Of a stretch of DNA of 64,000 nucleotides, positions 1-11,493 are shown one piece after another. Origin of the DNA: Daphnia carinata. Lineage: Eukaryota. The DNA lies in NCBI RefSeq assembly GCF_022539665.2, contig NC_081333.1:6138001-6202000 (forward strand), given 5' to 3'. The notes beneath the pieces are model-generated. The model made no database searches. It was not told the origin of the DNA and worked only from the letters and a program-made list of their open reading frames with translations. The position numbers and the translations under genes are program-made. The stretch's first letter is position 1. The number at the start of each line of letters is the position of its first letter.

Positions 1-72
1 GAACTTGCCTGGATTTAAACTAAAAAGTAGTTATTAAGCAGATTCGGTCGTCAAGAAGCAAAACAGTACGAT

Positions 73-1043
73 TTACTTTTCACTCCACGACATGGACTTC
101 AAATCAAGAACGTAAAGATCATTCAATCGTGTTCCCTGAAGCCTGCCACCGAAGATATACACAAGAGATTGGCATCGAAATCCAGCAAGAGCTGCACGTG
201 GACTTGGAGGTAGCCCACTTGTTTCTGGCCATTCCCATTTGTTAGCATCTATGTTGTATGCAACTAATTGATTATTCCACCCTCTGCCCATGTACCACTG
301 ATGACTTCGGTCAGGAACGTATTCATAATGATCGACATTGCGATCACCTTCAGCAGGAGGTGTACCGAAGCCCCCAAAAAAGAATACCCTGAAACATAAG
401 TTTGGTATTAGCAAATAAATACAGGCAACACAATATTTCAATTTACTTGTTACAGTAAGCCCATCCAAAGAGTTTATCACGATGTAAAGGTTTGCATCTT
501 GTTGCATCAGGTTCTAACCTTGTCCACATCCATGTGAACAGATTGAGCTGATAAATGTTATTACTATTTCCTTCAAGATCAGGGTCTCCAAAATATCCTT
601 TTAAATGCCTAAATTGAAATATTACCGAAAGTGTTGAAATGAAATTCTTTTACCTCCATAAATATACAAAAGGTCCCCAACCACAACACCACAAGCACCC
701 GAATTAGCAGGTGGTATGTGTCCCTTTGTTGTCCTTATTGTCCTAAATTTCTTCAATGAATAAGGAGAATACTTTGTAATAAAAAAACATTATGATCACC
801 ATCTTGCTACCATAGGATCATACAACAAGATTTCACTGGGATCATGATATTCCTGATAAAAGGTTTCTCGGTTGGGATTTTGCTGTAAAAAGGAAAACAA
901 CAATGATTTATGGTACACTAAAAATGAATGAAATTACTCACCGTGTAACCACCCCATACAAGCAACACGTGCCCATTGTACCTTTGAACTTCCAGAGCTA
1001 TATGGCCAACTCTCAGCAACTTACGGTCCACTGTATCATACAT
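73..1043 (-). CDS. Kelch-repeat protein (KLHDC1/KLHDC2-like); multi-exon, 3' end probably lies outside the window
   Basis: Spliced minus-strand exons give kelch motifs: RVGHIAL..VLLVWGGYT, LYIFGG, VFFFGGFG..GWNNQL, PPSPRAALAG..VYIFGGRLQGTRLNDLYVLDLKSMSWS. Short GT-AG introns. Start ATG at 1043 is tentative. Confidence 0.75.
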
Positions 1044-2499
1044 TTCTTCTATATGTATCTCACTGAAACCCAATGCTAGACTGGTACAAACTTCTCAAAT
1101 TGCTTTAAACTGCCTATGCTTGATCAGGATAATCATAATTAATAAAAAAAACATTTTCTGTATTACACGTTTTCTACAGTGCACAGTAATACAACAAACG
1201 TGTATTTACTTACCACTACCCACGTATCCATATCAGGAAAAATCGACTAGAATAGATCTACCTAACTGTGAGTGAGAGGTTTATGTAAACAACCCACGTA
1301 TGTGTAGTATTTATACACTGTGGTCGCACATCACCCCGTATTTCACGAGTTACAGTATTCGATTCTGCTATTTAATGTTCGTTGATTTGCGTTTTAATAT
1401 GCGAAGACGAATCGGTTTTCCACCAAACGGAGATCTGTTTTAACCTACCCGTAAATAGATATAGCTAGCTAAGTAAACAGAAGAAGACTGCTGTGCCCAA
1501 ACAGTACACAATTTAACCGTTTGTCTTCCTTTTTCGTCTGCTGGTAGTGAATCGTGGAAAACATTTCCCATGCCCCTACCGAGGCGGGAACGCAGGACAT
1601 GCCATTCAACGCAACCGTGCCCATCTAGGTTGGTTCTATGTCTCTGATGTTATGCTCGTATGTTAGTTCTCCTCCTGTTTTTGAGACAGAATTTTAAGCT
1701 CTGCAACTCAGCATCCGGTACAACTCTATTCTGAATCATTTTAGGTAAAACATTCTAACAAATAGTATCATATAAACATATAAGTCACCATAATACAAAT
1801 AAATGAATGAATGGACATCGTATATGTATATACTAACACGCAAATGTAGCTATGAATCTAATTCACAAATATTAAAATATTAAGGCTTATTAATTGTATA
1901 TTCTCTAATAAACTAAAGAGCAATCTCTCCTAAGGAAAAAAGAACAAAAATATAATTTCTTAATAGTATAAAGGAAGAAAAAATCGGATACATAGCGGAG
2001 CAGGAGATGAATGCCATAAGTTTTTGTAATAGACAATGGTAATAGGCAATTGCCGTTTATTGATGAGGGCGCATTTTGGCGTCAACCGTTAGTTCAACCT
2101 TTTTGGTTCAACTATTGTGAGTGGTTGACGTTAAAATGGTCTGAGGTTGAACTGCCCAGCTGAACTACTAGTTTACGGTAAAATGACAGTTAATGTCAAT
2201 TGACATCCGCCAGGTGGCTGCCTGCTACATTTTCGTCTGCTTATTTTTGTTTACATTCTGTGTAACATTGTACGATTTTATAATTGTCAAAGTTAAAATT
2301 AATACAACCATTTTATTATCTAAAAACTTTATCCTAAATATTTGTAAGTATTTTATTATTGATTGAAGTGACTATGTATAACAACATTTATATAAATTTA
2401 GGTAATATGGCAGATAAAAGAACATTATGTCTTCTTCTGTCGCAACATATTTACAATGAAATCCAATCATCCAGTGAAGAAAGTGAATCTGACATTTTT

Positions 2500-2887
2500 A
2501 TAAATCAATATTTTTAGAAATGTAGCCTCTATATACTTTGCGTAGATTTTCCCATTTGGTCTTGCACATTTGAATTTTATCACTGCCACGAATAGAAAAT
2601 CCAGCTTCTTCTAGTTCAGTGGCTATGCAGTGCCAAAGTTGCCGTTTGCCTGTCTTCGAATCGCTTAACATTGCCCATTTATCTTTTAATAAACCTAAAT
2701 GTAAATGGGTTGATGTTTTAAATTATAAATTTTAAATGAACTAAGTATAATATAATAACTTACCCAAAAAACATTCGGTAGCCTCAGCATCAATTGCTAC
2801 TTGTGTGGCAGTTTTTTTCCCATTCCAACACTCTTTCTTTGGAATAACTTCTTCTGTTTCACTTACATAATAGAAAGGACTTTCCAT
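2500..2887 (-). pseudogene. Harbinger Myb/SANT-like DNA-binding protein, truncated (2 exons)
   Basis: Manual splice gives MESPFYY...ATECFLG|LLKDKWAMLSDSKTGKRQLWHCIATELEEAGFSIRGSDKIQMCKTKWENLRKVYR, with the Trp spacing and CKxKWxNL motif of Myb/SANT-trihelix domains. A possible convergent transposase N-terminal stub starts at 2407 (+). Confidence 0.7.
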
Positions 2888-3043
2888 TTTGACTGAATCT
2901 GTAAATTCAAACAACTAAAAAAAAAGTAAAAGAAAATCAAGTTTAAAAATACAGACAACGTCTGCAGTAAACAAGGTTGCAATACTTATTTTCTACAGAA
3001 AACGAAATGCGTAAAAAAAATTAGCTCTACTACGGTTGACCTA

Positions 3044-3335
3044 GGGCGCATTTTGGCGTCAACCATTTGTTGAACCTTTTTAGTTCAACTTTTCGTCAAA
3101 GTTGACGCCAAAATGGAAGTTCATCGCTACAGTTGAGAAAGGGGAGGAGTTGCAGTTCAGTTGAAGGTCAACGGTGGTCTGGACCACCGTTGAAAAAGCT
3201 CAACTGTCTCAGTTGAACCTCCCACTGGCGTTGTTGCCAAAACGGTCGCCTAGTTGAACCATCTACCGGGCAGTTGACGCAAAAATACCAGTTCACTAAA
3301 AAAGTTGAACTAAAAGTAGACGCCAAAATGCGCCC
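3044..3335. mobile_element. Harbinger-family MITE nested in an element with the same TIRs
   Basis: Same TIR GGGCGCATTTTGGCGTC...GACGCCAAAATGCGCCC; 3-bp TSD CTA (3041-3043, 3336-3338); internal palindrome at 3168-3193. Confidence 0.85.
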
Positions 3336-3811
3336 CTAGAGCTCAACGGTAGTTTGAACCACCGTTGAAGAAGTTCAACTTTTTCAGTTCAACTTACCCT
3401 TGCAGTTGGCGCCAAAACGGTCAACCGGTTCAACCATCTACCGGACAGTTGACGCAAAAACGCAAGTTCACTGAAAAAGTTGAACTAAAAGTAGACGCCA
3501 AAATGCGCCCTGAATTCGGGGTGGCAACGCAATCGTTGCTCCGCAAAAAAAAAAATCTCCATACGGAATAAATGAAAGCTTCCGATTTACGCGAGGCCGA
3601 GCCCTAGCCGCAGGTACTGCAGCCTACAGGGTACTTTGGAGGGGCTAGTCCGTACATAAAAGACCGCAATTTACCCAATCTGCAGTCCGCGTCCGCCTTT
3701 TACTCTGGTCTAATACATGGTAATCGTAAACGTTTTGCTACTGTCCAACGACAACCTGTCCATTCTGTCTGTACTATTTACCACTGTTCAGGATGTTTTG
3801 ATGGCAACAAA

Positions 3812-5102
3812 ATGTCGTATTCAAAATTGGAATGGTTCGAAAGCTACAAAACATGGGTGGTAACAAACCCAGAAAGGCTGTTCCAGTTCGAAACAGCCGG
3901 CCGTTTCCTCTCGTACTTAATTGCCGGTATAGTTACCTTAGTTCACTGTTACTTATAGTCCATTGATAGTAATCCTACCGTTACTCTGAACAGGCCGCAT
4001 AAAAACATCACCAGCCATTTCTGAGTTGCTGTACTCAGCTTCCAATATTATTAGTAATGATAATCATATAACAAAGCTTAAGTAACAGCATTATTGTTTA
4101 AATATAGTATTTTTGAATGATCAAATAATATTGAGATCAACACACCATAAAGAATTGGACCCCAAAACAGCAACATTTGTGGAAAAATGTAGAATCTTAT
4201 TTACTATTTTGGAATACCTTCAAGTGTTTGTGGAGATCACAGCAACCAAAATTTGGGGTTCATATGGAAAATGGACTGCTGTAGCTGTTATACAATTAAT
4301 CAAGTATGTACATTTGACTGAATGCCTCTGGCTTTTTTTATTCATAAGAAATTTCTTTCTTTCCTTGAATATAGATTTTTATGGAGGGTTTTCATGTTGA
4401 TCCAGCAAGCTGGGATAGCATCCTCACAAGCCATTCGCCCCCTTAACAGGAAAAAGCTTAGACAGAACCAACTGTCAGAGTCCAAATGTGATATGGAAGG
4501 AAAAAATAATCTTACTTTCACCCTGAAGTCTGGAAGGGTAATTCGGCAAGTCAATGGGGCACCCCAGATTCATAAACGTAACTGGAAACTCCCTAGTTCA
4601 CAACCACCGCAAGGCCATGTTGTAAATAACAGGAAGCTAGAAGGATATTCCTTACTTGGAGAAGTAAGTCATTGCTTAAACTATTGAGGAATACTCCTCA
4701 TTCTAATAACTGCCATTTCAGGTAAGTATTACTAAACAAATTTGGAATTTCGATGTTTAGGTACTTTATACGTTGAAACCGCTTTGTCACCTCGTCGCAA
4801 TGAGCCGCTTTGGAACAAAATCTTGGATTCCGACGTCAATAGCATTTGCTACAGATATTGCAAGTATAACGCTGTTGAACTCAAGTTCATTAAACTGTGA
4901 AGATGCACGAGAAATTCGACGACGTCAGATTGCTCTACTAATGTATCTCTTACGGTCACCGATCTACGACCGCTTTAGTCGAACTGTCATTTTACAGACA
5001 ATGACTTATTTGAGAAAGGTTCCTGTTGTCGGAATTTTGCCTCAACAGTTTCTTCAGTACATGTTGTTCTGGCAAAATGTATACTGCTATACTTGGGATT
5101 AA
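3812..5102 (+). CDS. PEX16: Peroxisomal biogenesis factor 16 (about 5 exons)
   Basis: Spliced product: YKTWVVTNP..FETAGRFLSYLIAGR, SELLYSASN..FLNDQII, LEYLQVFVEITATKIWG..GKW, EIRRRQIALLMYLLRSPIYDRFS, WQNVYCYTWD*. These are recognisable Pex16 motifs. Confidence 0.9.
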
Positions 5103-6239
5103 ATTATCTTCCCACACAAATTTTCTTTCAGGGTAGAGCTTAGTAACATAAACTGGATATGGATATTACATATTTTGCAGTGTGATTTTGATGGGAAATA
5201 ATATTGTGAATTTTTTCTGGGGACGCTGTCATAGTTTTGTTAATTTTTCGCACATTTTTCGATTGTTTCAACTACGGTTGTCACTGCAAAAAAAAATAAT
5301 TCAAAAGAATCATCGTTCAACAGACATTAAATAAATTTCAAAAGCATGATTCATCTCCTACAGTATCCATAAAATGCACAGCACCAGAACCCTCTTTTTT
5401 TTCTTTTTGACTTTTTACATGAGCTGTTATGGCAAGTAGTAACTCATGTGGAATAAGTTGTGAGAGAGAATAAATATATTCATTACTAAAGGTTTGGAAG
5501 CTGCATTGAACAAAAGATCAAGCTATTTGGCTTTTTTTTTCAAGTATGTTCTCATAAGCGATTAATAAAACACGCACCGGTTATTACTTGTCAGTATATC
5601 AGTTTGGTCCGTGCTGTTATGAAATTTTTTTTCATGCATAAATTTTACCTTGTATGCCGGAAGTGAATATAATGATGCAATATTCACCACGTATGGGTAG
5701 GCTATATGCCAGATACATAATTTTTCGTAGAACATAATATCTTTACATATTATTTCTCGCGTATTAAACAGAGTACACCGCTGCTTGCAAAAGTTAGATC
5801 CTTTTTATTTTGTGCAAAAAATATAAACGAATGTTTTTTAAAAATAACTTTTTCAATTACTTATCTGTATCAACGAGAAAGTAAAACAAAGAAGGAACCT
5901 GATAAGTGTTAAGAAAAATAAAAAGCGAAATAAATAATACAGAAATTTTCTCCTTGACCCAGAAAGTTCTGTCTCATCATTACCTTTTGCACAATTAAAG
6001 TCTATTCTAACGCGTTAACAGATAAGCACGCCATTCTTCAATGGCGTGGGCGAATGGAATCATTTACCATTATGTTAAAAATCCCAATGGCATTCTTAAA
6101 ATTTAGTTTTTTCCTTTGTTTTCGTCAGAGGCGAGAAGATTCTTCTAGATTTTTAGATTTTTGTTATGAGACGGATGTCGTAGATCGGATAAAATGTATT
6201 TTTGGTGATCTGTATACTATGTACAGAATGGGGTTTTGT

Positions 6240-7261
6240 TCACTCGCGACGTAGGTTGTTCAACCTTGCCTGTAAATCCGCATCAGCGTCGATCGTACCT
6301 CCAGCCGTAGCAGCTGCAGCTTGTGGACCCCCTTTGGTGGCAAGGCCGGTAGTTGAAGCCAATGAACCGGAAGCAATTGGTAAGCCAGTTAATTGATCTG
6401 TTAACTGAAGTCCAAGCTCATCCAATACTTGCGATACGACAGCGTCACTAACAGAATGCAATGTATGAAAAAATCCTGGTAATATCTCTATCGCTAATAT
6501 GTGGACAGTATTATTTTACCTTTCTTCCTCATCGGCCTCGTCGCCCATTGCATCATCAATAGCGTCACTCATCATTTCTTCTTTCATATCCATAATCTCA
6601 GACTGTTTCTCAAACTCTTGCATTATCTTTTGAATCTGAGGTAATTTGAGTTGTCTGAAAAAGATAAATATATGTGAATTCGAGACGTTAAAAAAGGATA
6701 GCTTCTTCTTACTTGTTCATGTTTTGCATTGCTTTAGTAACTCCTTTCATGGCTTCAGCCATGGCATTTTGTGATTTCAATGTTTGAATCTTTAACGAAA
6801 CTGCTTGAATATTTGCTCTCATCAAGATGAATTTTTTTACATAACGTCTTGTCCTCACTAAATCTAGCGCCATGATTTTCACAGCATCCTGTTGGAATTG
6901 AGGTACTGTTTAATGGATTCGATGTGTTTAAAAGAATTTGCTATTTACAGGCAACACATGTGATCTCAAACAAAGAATAGTTATTAAAAATTCTTAATCA
7001 AGCGTTCAATAAAGCATTGCACAACTATTTTATTAGCAAAATCTTCACAAATTGATATATAACTTATTTTTGAAACAATAGTGTATACTATACCATTTGA
7101 TTATCTTTAGCCATCTTTTTTATATCAGCTATAATTTTTTTTTCCTGCTGTTCCATTTTCATTCTTTCCCGGTCTAAATCACGAATGGCTTTGTTTAAGG
7201 ATCTTTGATTTCGACGTAGCATTTCGTCAGGGGTAAGGCGTTTACCGAATAGCCACTCCAT
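6240..7261 (-). CDS. CHMP2A: ESCRT-III subunit CHMP2A/Vps2; exons 7261-7094, 6888-6713, 6654-6520, 6447-6240
   Basis: MEWLFGKRLTPDEMLRRNQRSLNKAIRDLDRER...DAVKIMALDLVRTRRYVKKFILMRANIQAVSLKIQTLKSQN...DADLQARLNNLRRE*; canonical GT-AG introns; intact C-terminal MIM. Confidence 0.95.
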
Positions 7262-8966
7262 TTTTAAGCTCTCAAAATTCCAACTTCCAACAAAATTTGT
7301 AAAACGGATTTAAGATGGTAAAAAAGCACAAAGTTATTAATGATGACCTCCAAAATGGACTAATATGTATGAAATATCAACACAACTGTTTTGTAGGTTT
7401 AGGTTTTCAGGTTGAGCAATTTCCTCCTAAATGACACTTCCTATCTATCGATTTTGTACTGTATTGCGATTAACAAGAATACCCGAATAGAGCCGAACAG
7501 GGTCTTGACTCAATACCTCAGGGATTCAAGGTTTGCCAAAAACTTATCGTCTGTTTATTCGTTGAAAGCAATACTTCAACAAGTTAAAGAGAGGCTAATT
7601 AAATTTGTTCACATTACCAGTAAAAACATGAATCCAGTATATGACGCATTTATTGTCGAATCGACCCGTATATTTACCAATGCTGCTGGTGATGGTTATT
7701 TTACATTATGTATATCAGTAACGAAGTCCTGCTGAGTTATTGGCGATGACATTAAACCGACTGAAAGAGACCAATGCGGAAAGATGAGGGCACAATTGTG
7801 TCCCCATATGTCAAAACCCGTATGTCATCCACGTCAAGTAAAATCCGAAATGGAAATGGGGAAATCCTTTATAACACGGTTAACTGGAAGTTCTAGGCTC
7901 AGTTGTCACATTCAGTCGTCGCAGTTGGACAGGAAACTTTGAATCACAGTTGCAGTGACAATGTATCGAGAAGTTATCATGATAAAAGGTCCTTGTTGTT
8001 ATAATTTTGTACATCGAAGTCCAGCATTAAAAACTCTTCTAATATTGTTTTTCCTCACTTAAGGACTTTTTTTGACTTGGTTATTGTTGGCGTCAGCCTT
8101 ATCGGATCCTGGCGCTGAACCGTTTAATCCAAACTTCAATAGATTTCGACAAAAAATTCCGCGCATTGGCCGACGTGGGGATGGCATCATCGCCGAATAC
8201 ATGAATTCGGATTCTTTTCCTCACGAGGGAAGTCTATCCAATTTTTTTCTGAAGGCCTCAAAGGCGGTACCTCGTCTGGGTAGACGCAAAGATGTTTCTA
8301 CTGAGGTGTGTAAAAACTAGTTTGAGGGGCAACCTAAATTGCATGTTTTAACTTCATGTAAGATCCTCTAGTCGGGTCATGCTACAATTTTCGACGAGCA
8401 GTATCCATTTAGAGACCGCTTGGGTCTGGGCCATGCATCCAACGAACTTCCCACTGTTCACTATAAACAAGTTTTATGGCCAAATTTCGATACTGGTAAC
8501 TATTCACTCTGAGTTATCTGTACGAGTAGTAGCAAAATAAGATTTCAAAATGTTGTAATATTACAAGGTTTTTAAACCAAATTTCTCTAAATGTTAGATG
8601 AATTCACAAGCGGACCAAGTAAGGAACAAAATTATCCAACAACGCGGATAACGAACGACCTACACGACAATTATGTGCAGGATTTAATCCGTAGCTGGAC
8701 GAATCAAAACGAGAATATCAACGAAAATTGAGACCGGACACACAATATGTTTTTCTGTTTTCTTTTGTTTGCCTCGTTTTTCTTTGAAGGGGGGGGGAAG
8801 GGGGGTTGGAATATACATTAGTCCAATCGATGTCTTATTTTTTTTCTTTTTTTTTTTACTGCGTTCCCAAGAAAGTATCCATTAAATATAACAGTGGCAA
8901 CCACAGCCAGATACCAGAAGAAAAAATATATTATAAAGAATAATAACAAATAAAAAAAAAATTCCT
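6264..8966. repeat. Copy 1 of a 2.7-kb tandem duplication (CHMP2A + ETH); copy 2 host parts are 8964-10077, 23058-23118 and 43333-44397
   Basis: Colinear similarity including introns; offset at the junction is 2700 bp; shared CCT at 6264, 8964 and 44395. Confidence 0.92.
7961..8731 (+). CDS. ETH: Ecdysis-triggering hormone precursor; exons 7961-7988, 8064-8305, 8372-8495, 8598-8731
   Basis: Signal peptide (MYREVIMIKGLFLTWLLLASALS), then DPGAEPFNPNFNRFRQKIPRI-GRR and GDGIIAEYMNSDSFPHEGSLSNFFLKASKAVPRL-GRR. These are two amidated PRX peptides resembling Daphnia ETHs as I recall them. The frame is open across the four exons. Confidence 0.92.
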
Positions 8967-9918
8967 AGACTGTAAATCCGCATCTGCAGCGACTGTGTAT
9001 CGAGCCGCTGCGGCTTGCCGACATATTTTAATGGTTCGACCGGTTGTGAAAGCCAATGAGCCGGAAGAGATCGGTAGACCAGTTAATTGATCAGTTAACT
9101 GAAGGCCAAGCTCATCCAATACTTGCGATACTACCGCGTCACTAACAGAATGAAATAAGTATGAAAAAAACTTCTAGTAATATCTTTATCGTTAATATGT
9201 GGATAGTATTATTTTACTTGTTTTCCTCATCTGCCTCGTCGCCGATTGCATCATCAATAGCGTCACTCATCATTTCTTCTTTCATATCCATAATCTCAGA
9301 TTGTTTCTCAAACTCTTGCATTATCTTTTGAATCTGAGGTAATTTGAGTTGTCTGAAAAAAATAAATATAAGTGAATTTTAGACATTAAAAAAGGATAGC
9401 TTCTTATTACTTGTTAATGTTTTGCACTGCTTTTGTAGCTCCTTTCATGGCCTCAGCCATGGCATTTTGTGACATCAATGTTTGCATCTTAAATGAAACT
9501 GCTTGAATATTTGCTCTCATCAAGATGAATTTTTTTACATTACGTCTTATCCTCACTAAATCTAGCGCCATGATTTTCACAGCATCCTATTGGTATAGAG
9601 GTACTGTTAACATTGAGATACTAAAAAAAAAACAGTTATTAAAAATTTTTTAAATCAAGCTTTCAATGAAGCATTCTACACATATTTCGTTAGTAAAATT
9701 TCCACTAATTGATATTTAACTAATATTTGGAACAACATGTGTATACTATACCATTTGATTATCTTTAGCCATCTTTTTTACACTAAGTATAGTTTTTTTT
9801 CCTGCTGTTCCATTTAAAATTTTTCCCGGTCTAATTGATGAATGGCTTTGTTTAAAGATATTTGATTTTGACGTAGCATTTCGTCAGGGCTAAGGCGTTC
9901 ACCAAATAGCCACTCCAT
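8964..9918 (-). pseudogene. CHMP2A: CHMP2A duplicate pseudogene
   Basis: Same exon/intron layout as copy 1; in-frame TAA in exon 1 (9814-9816); last exon cut by the duplication breakpoint, so the LNNLRRE tail is lost. Confidence 0.9.
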
Positions 9919-10749
9919 TTTTAAGATCTCAAAATTCCAACTTCCAAAACAATTCGTAAAACGGATTTAAGATGGTAAAAGAAGAACAAAGTTACTAATG
10001 ATTACCTCGAAACTGGACTAATATTGTATGAAATATCAACGCAACTGTTTTGTAGGTTTAGGTTTTTAGATTGAGTAGGGTAAAAGAGCGAATTGGGACA
10101 GCGTTTGGGCTAACAGCCTTTCTTATGGGGAATGCGTGTAAAGCCGATCTGCTAATTTCGGACAAAAACCCTAATTCATTGGACATTTCTACGAATTCTG
10201 GACAGTCTTATTTTTAAAAACTAATTTATTCATTCGATTCAGTTTTTAATTCTGAATCGAATAGCTTAAGACACCGAAGGGAGTGCAATAGAAAAATATT
10301 GCGAAATTTATGTTTTCAACAACCAAAACAATGAGCTGTCAAAACGAGACTTCATTTTTCAGGCCTGGTAACTTGCGATTGAAATTCACCCCCAAAACAT
10401 AAAATATAGATTTTTAAAATTGTATTAAACCCTTCGCTCTTTAAGTAGCCAATAGGTTATAGGTTCCACGGTAAAAACGAAAAAATAAATGTGATTGAAA
10501 TTTTCGAGGAAAAAGCATAAGCACTTCCCGTAAACCCGCCGTAATGTCCGAAATTTTAAACCGAAAAAAATTGTTTTTAACTTGCCCTATCCTACCAAAT
10601 ATCGCCGTAAGAATGTTCGTCACTGTTTCGTAACAATGCGTTAAAATTTGTTACTAACGTAGACATATACTATTCATTTAATTGCTGACTGATTTTAGTC
10701 TATTTTCACATAAGCTCCCATGACGCTAAATCTGGACAGCAGACTATAT

Positions 10750-11493
10750 TGTAACGAATCGTCTAGCGAAGCCCCTTCTTGCCTCCTATCTCCAAATAGA
10801 CTAGAATCGTATACCTGTAGCCCCTTGTGACTCAGAACTTTCACTTACTAACCTAGTTTTAAAAAGTCCCTTAGAAATATAATAAAAAACGAAGACATGT
10901 CCCGGCACATCGGCTAAAAATAGATTTATTTCAGTTGGTCTGAGATTGCCCGAAATGGCCTAAAGTCGCCCGACCGATTTTTAGCTATCGTCCAAATTCG
11001 TTCGATACCGTCCGAATTTGCCCGCCTATACCTCGCCATTGCGCCCAAAATCGCCCGATACCGCCCGATATTGCCGCCTATCCTTAAACACTGTGCCGTA
11101 TGGCTCTCACAGTCGATGGTTAACATATAAAAAGCCATCGGCAACTCACAGTAGGGAGTCGTCCCTTGAAAGAGCTATCTCGTGTGTACCTCAGCATTCT
11201 TCCGAGCCGCTACCTCATCCTCATAAGCTGAAGCGTAAGTCTCTTCTTAGTAATATTCGCTACTTGCCTTAGTTGTCCCTTAGTAGTGTATGTCAAGTAA
11301 CTGTTGCGTAATTGTAGGCCTTCGCCTATTCCCTGTTAATTCGACTGGTTGCTTGTGGTGTTTTAATACACGTTATTCTACCGTACACGTATTGTTTTAC
11401 GCTTACTTATACACGACATTGTGAGTAGCAGCGCCGCATTAGTTTATGTTTCCATATTGGAGACAACATGACAACGTCGTGTCCTCCTTTACT
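10750..11493. mobile_element. Probable solo LTR
   Basis: Begins TGTAAC and ends TTACT (TTACA with one change); flanked by ATAT on both sides; splits one array unit cleanly; TATA-like TATAAAA near 11126. Confidence 0.6.

Larger units (their letters stand above)
2067..3510. mobile_element. Internally deleted PIF/Harbinger DNA transposon
   Basis: TIR GGGCGCATTTTGGCGTC at 2067 and its reverse complement ending at 3510; 3-bp TSD TGA on both sides (2064-2066, 3511-3513); encodes a Myb/SANT-like remnant. Confidence 0.85.

Noticed and set aside
7338..7515. Ecdysone response element upstream of ETH
   Set aside because: Only a TGACCT half-site and a poor GGGTCTTGACTC match; no convincing IR1 palindrome by eye.
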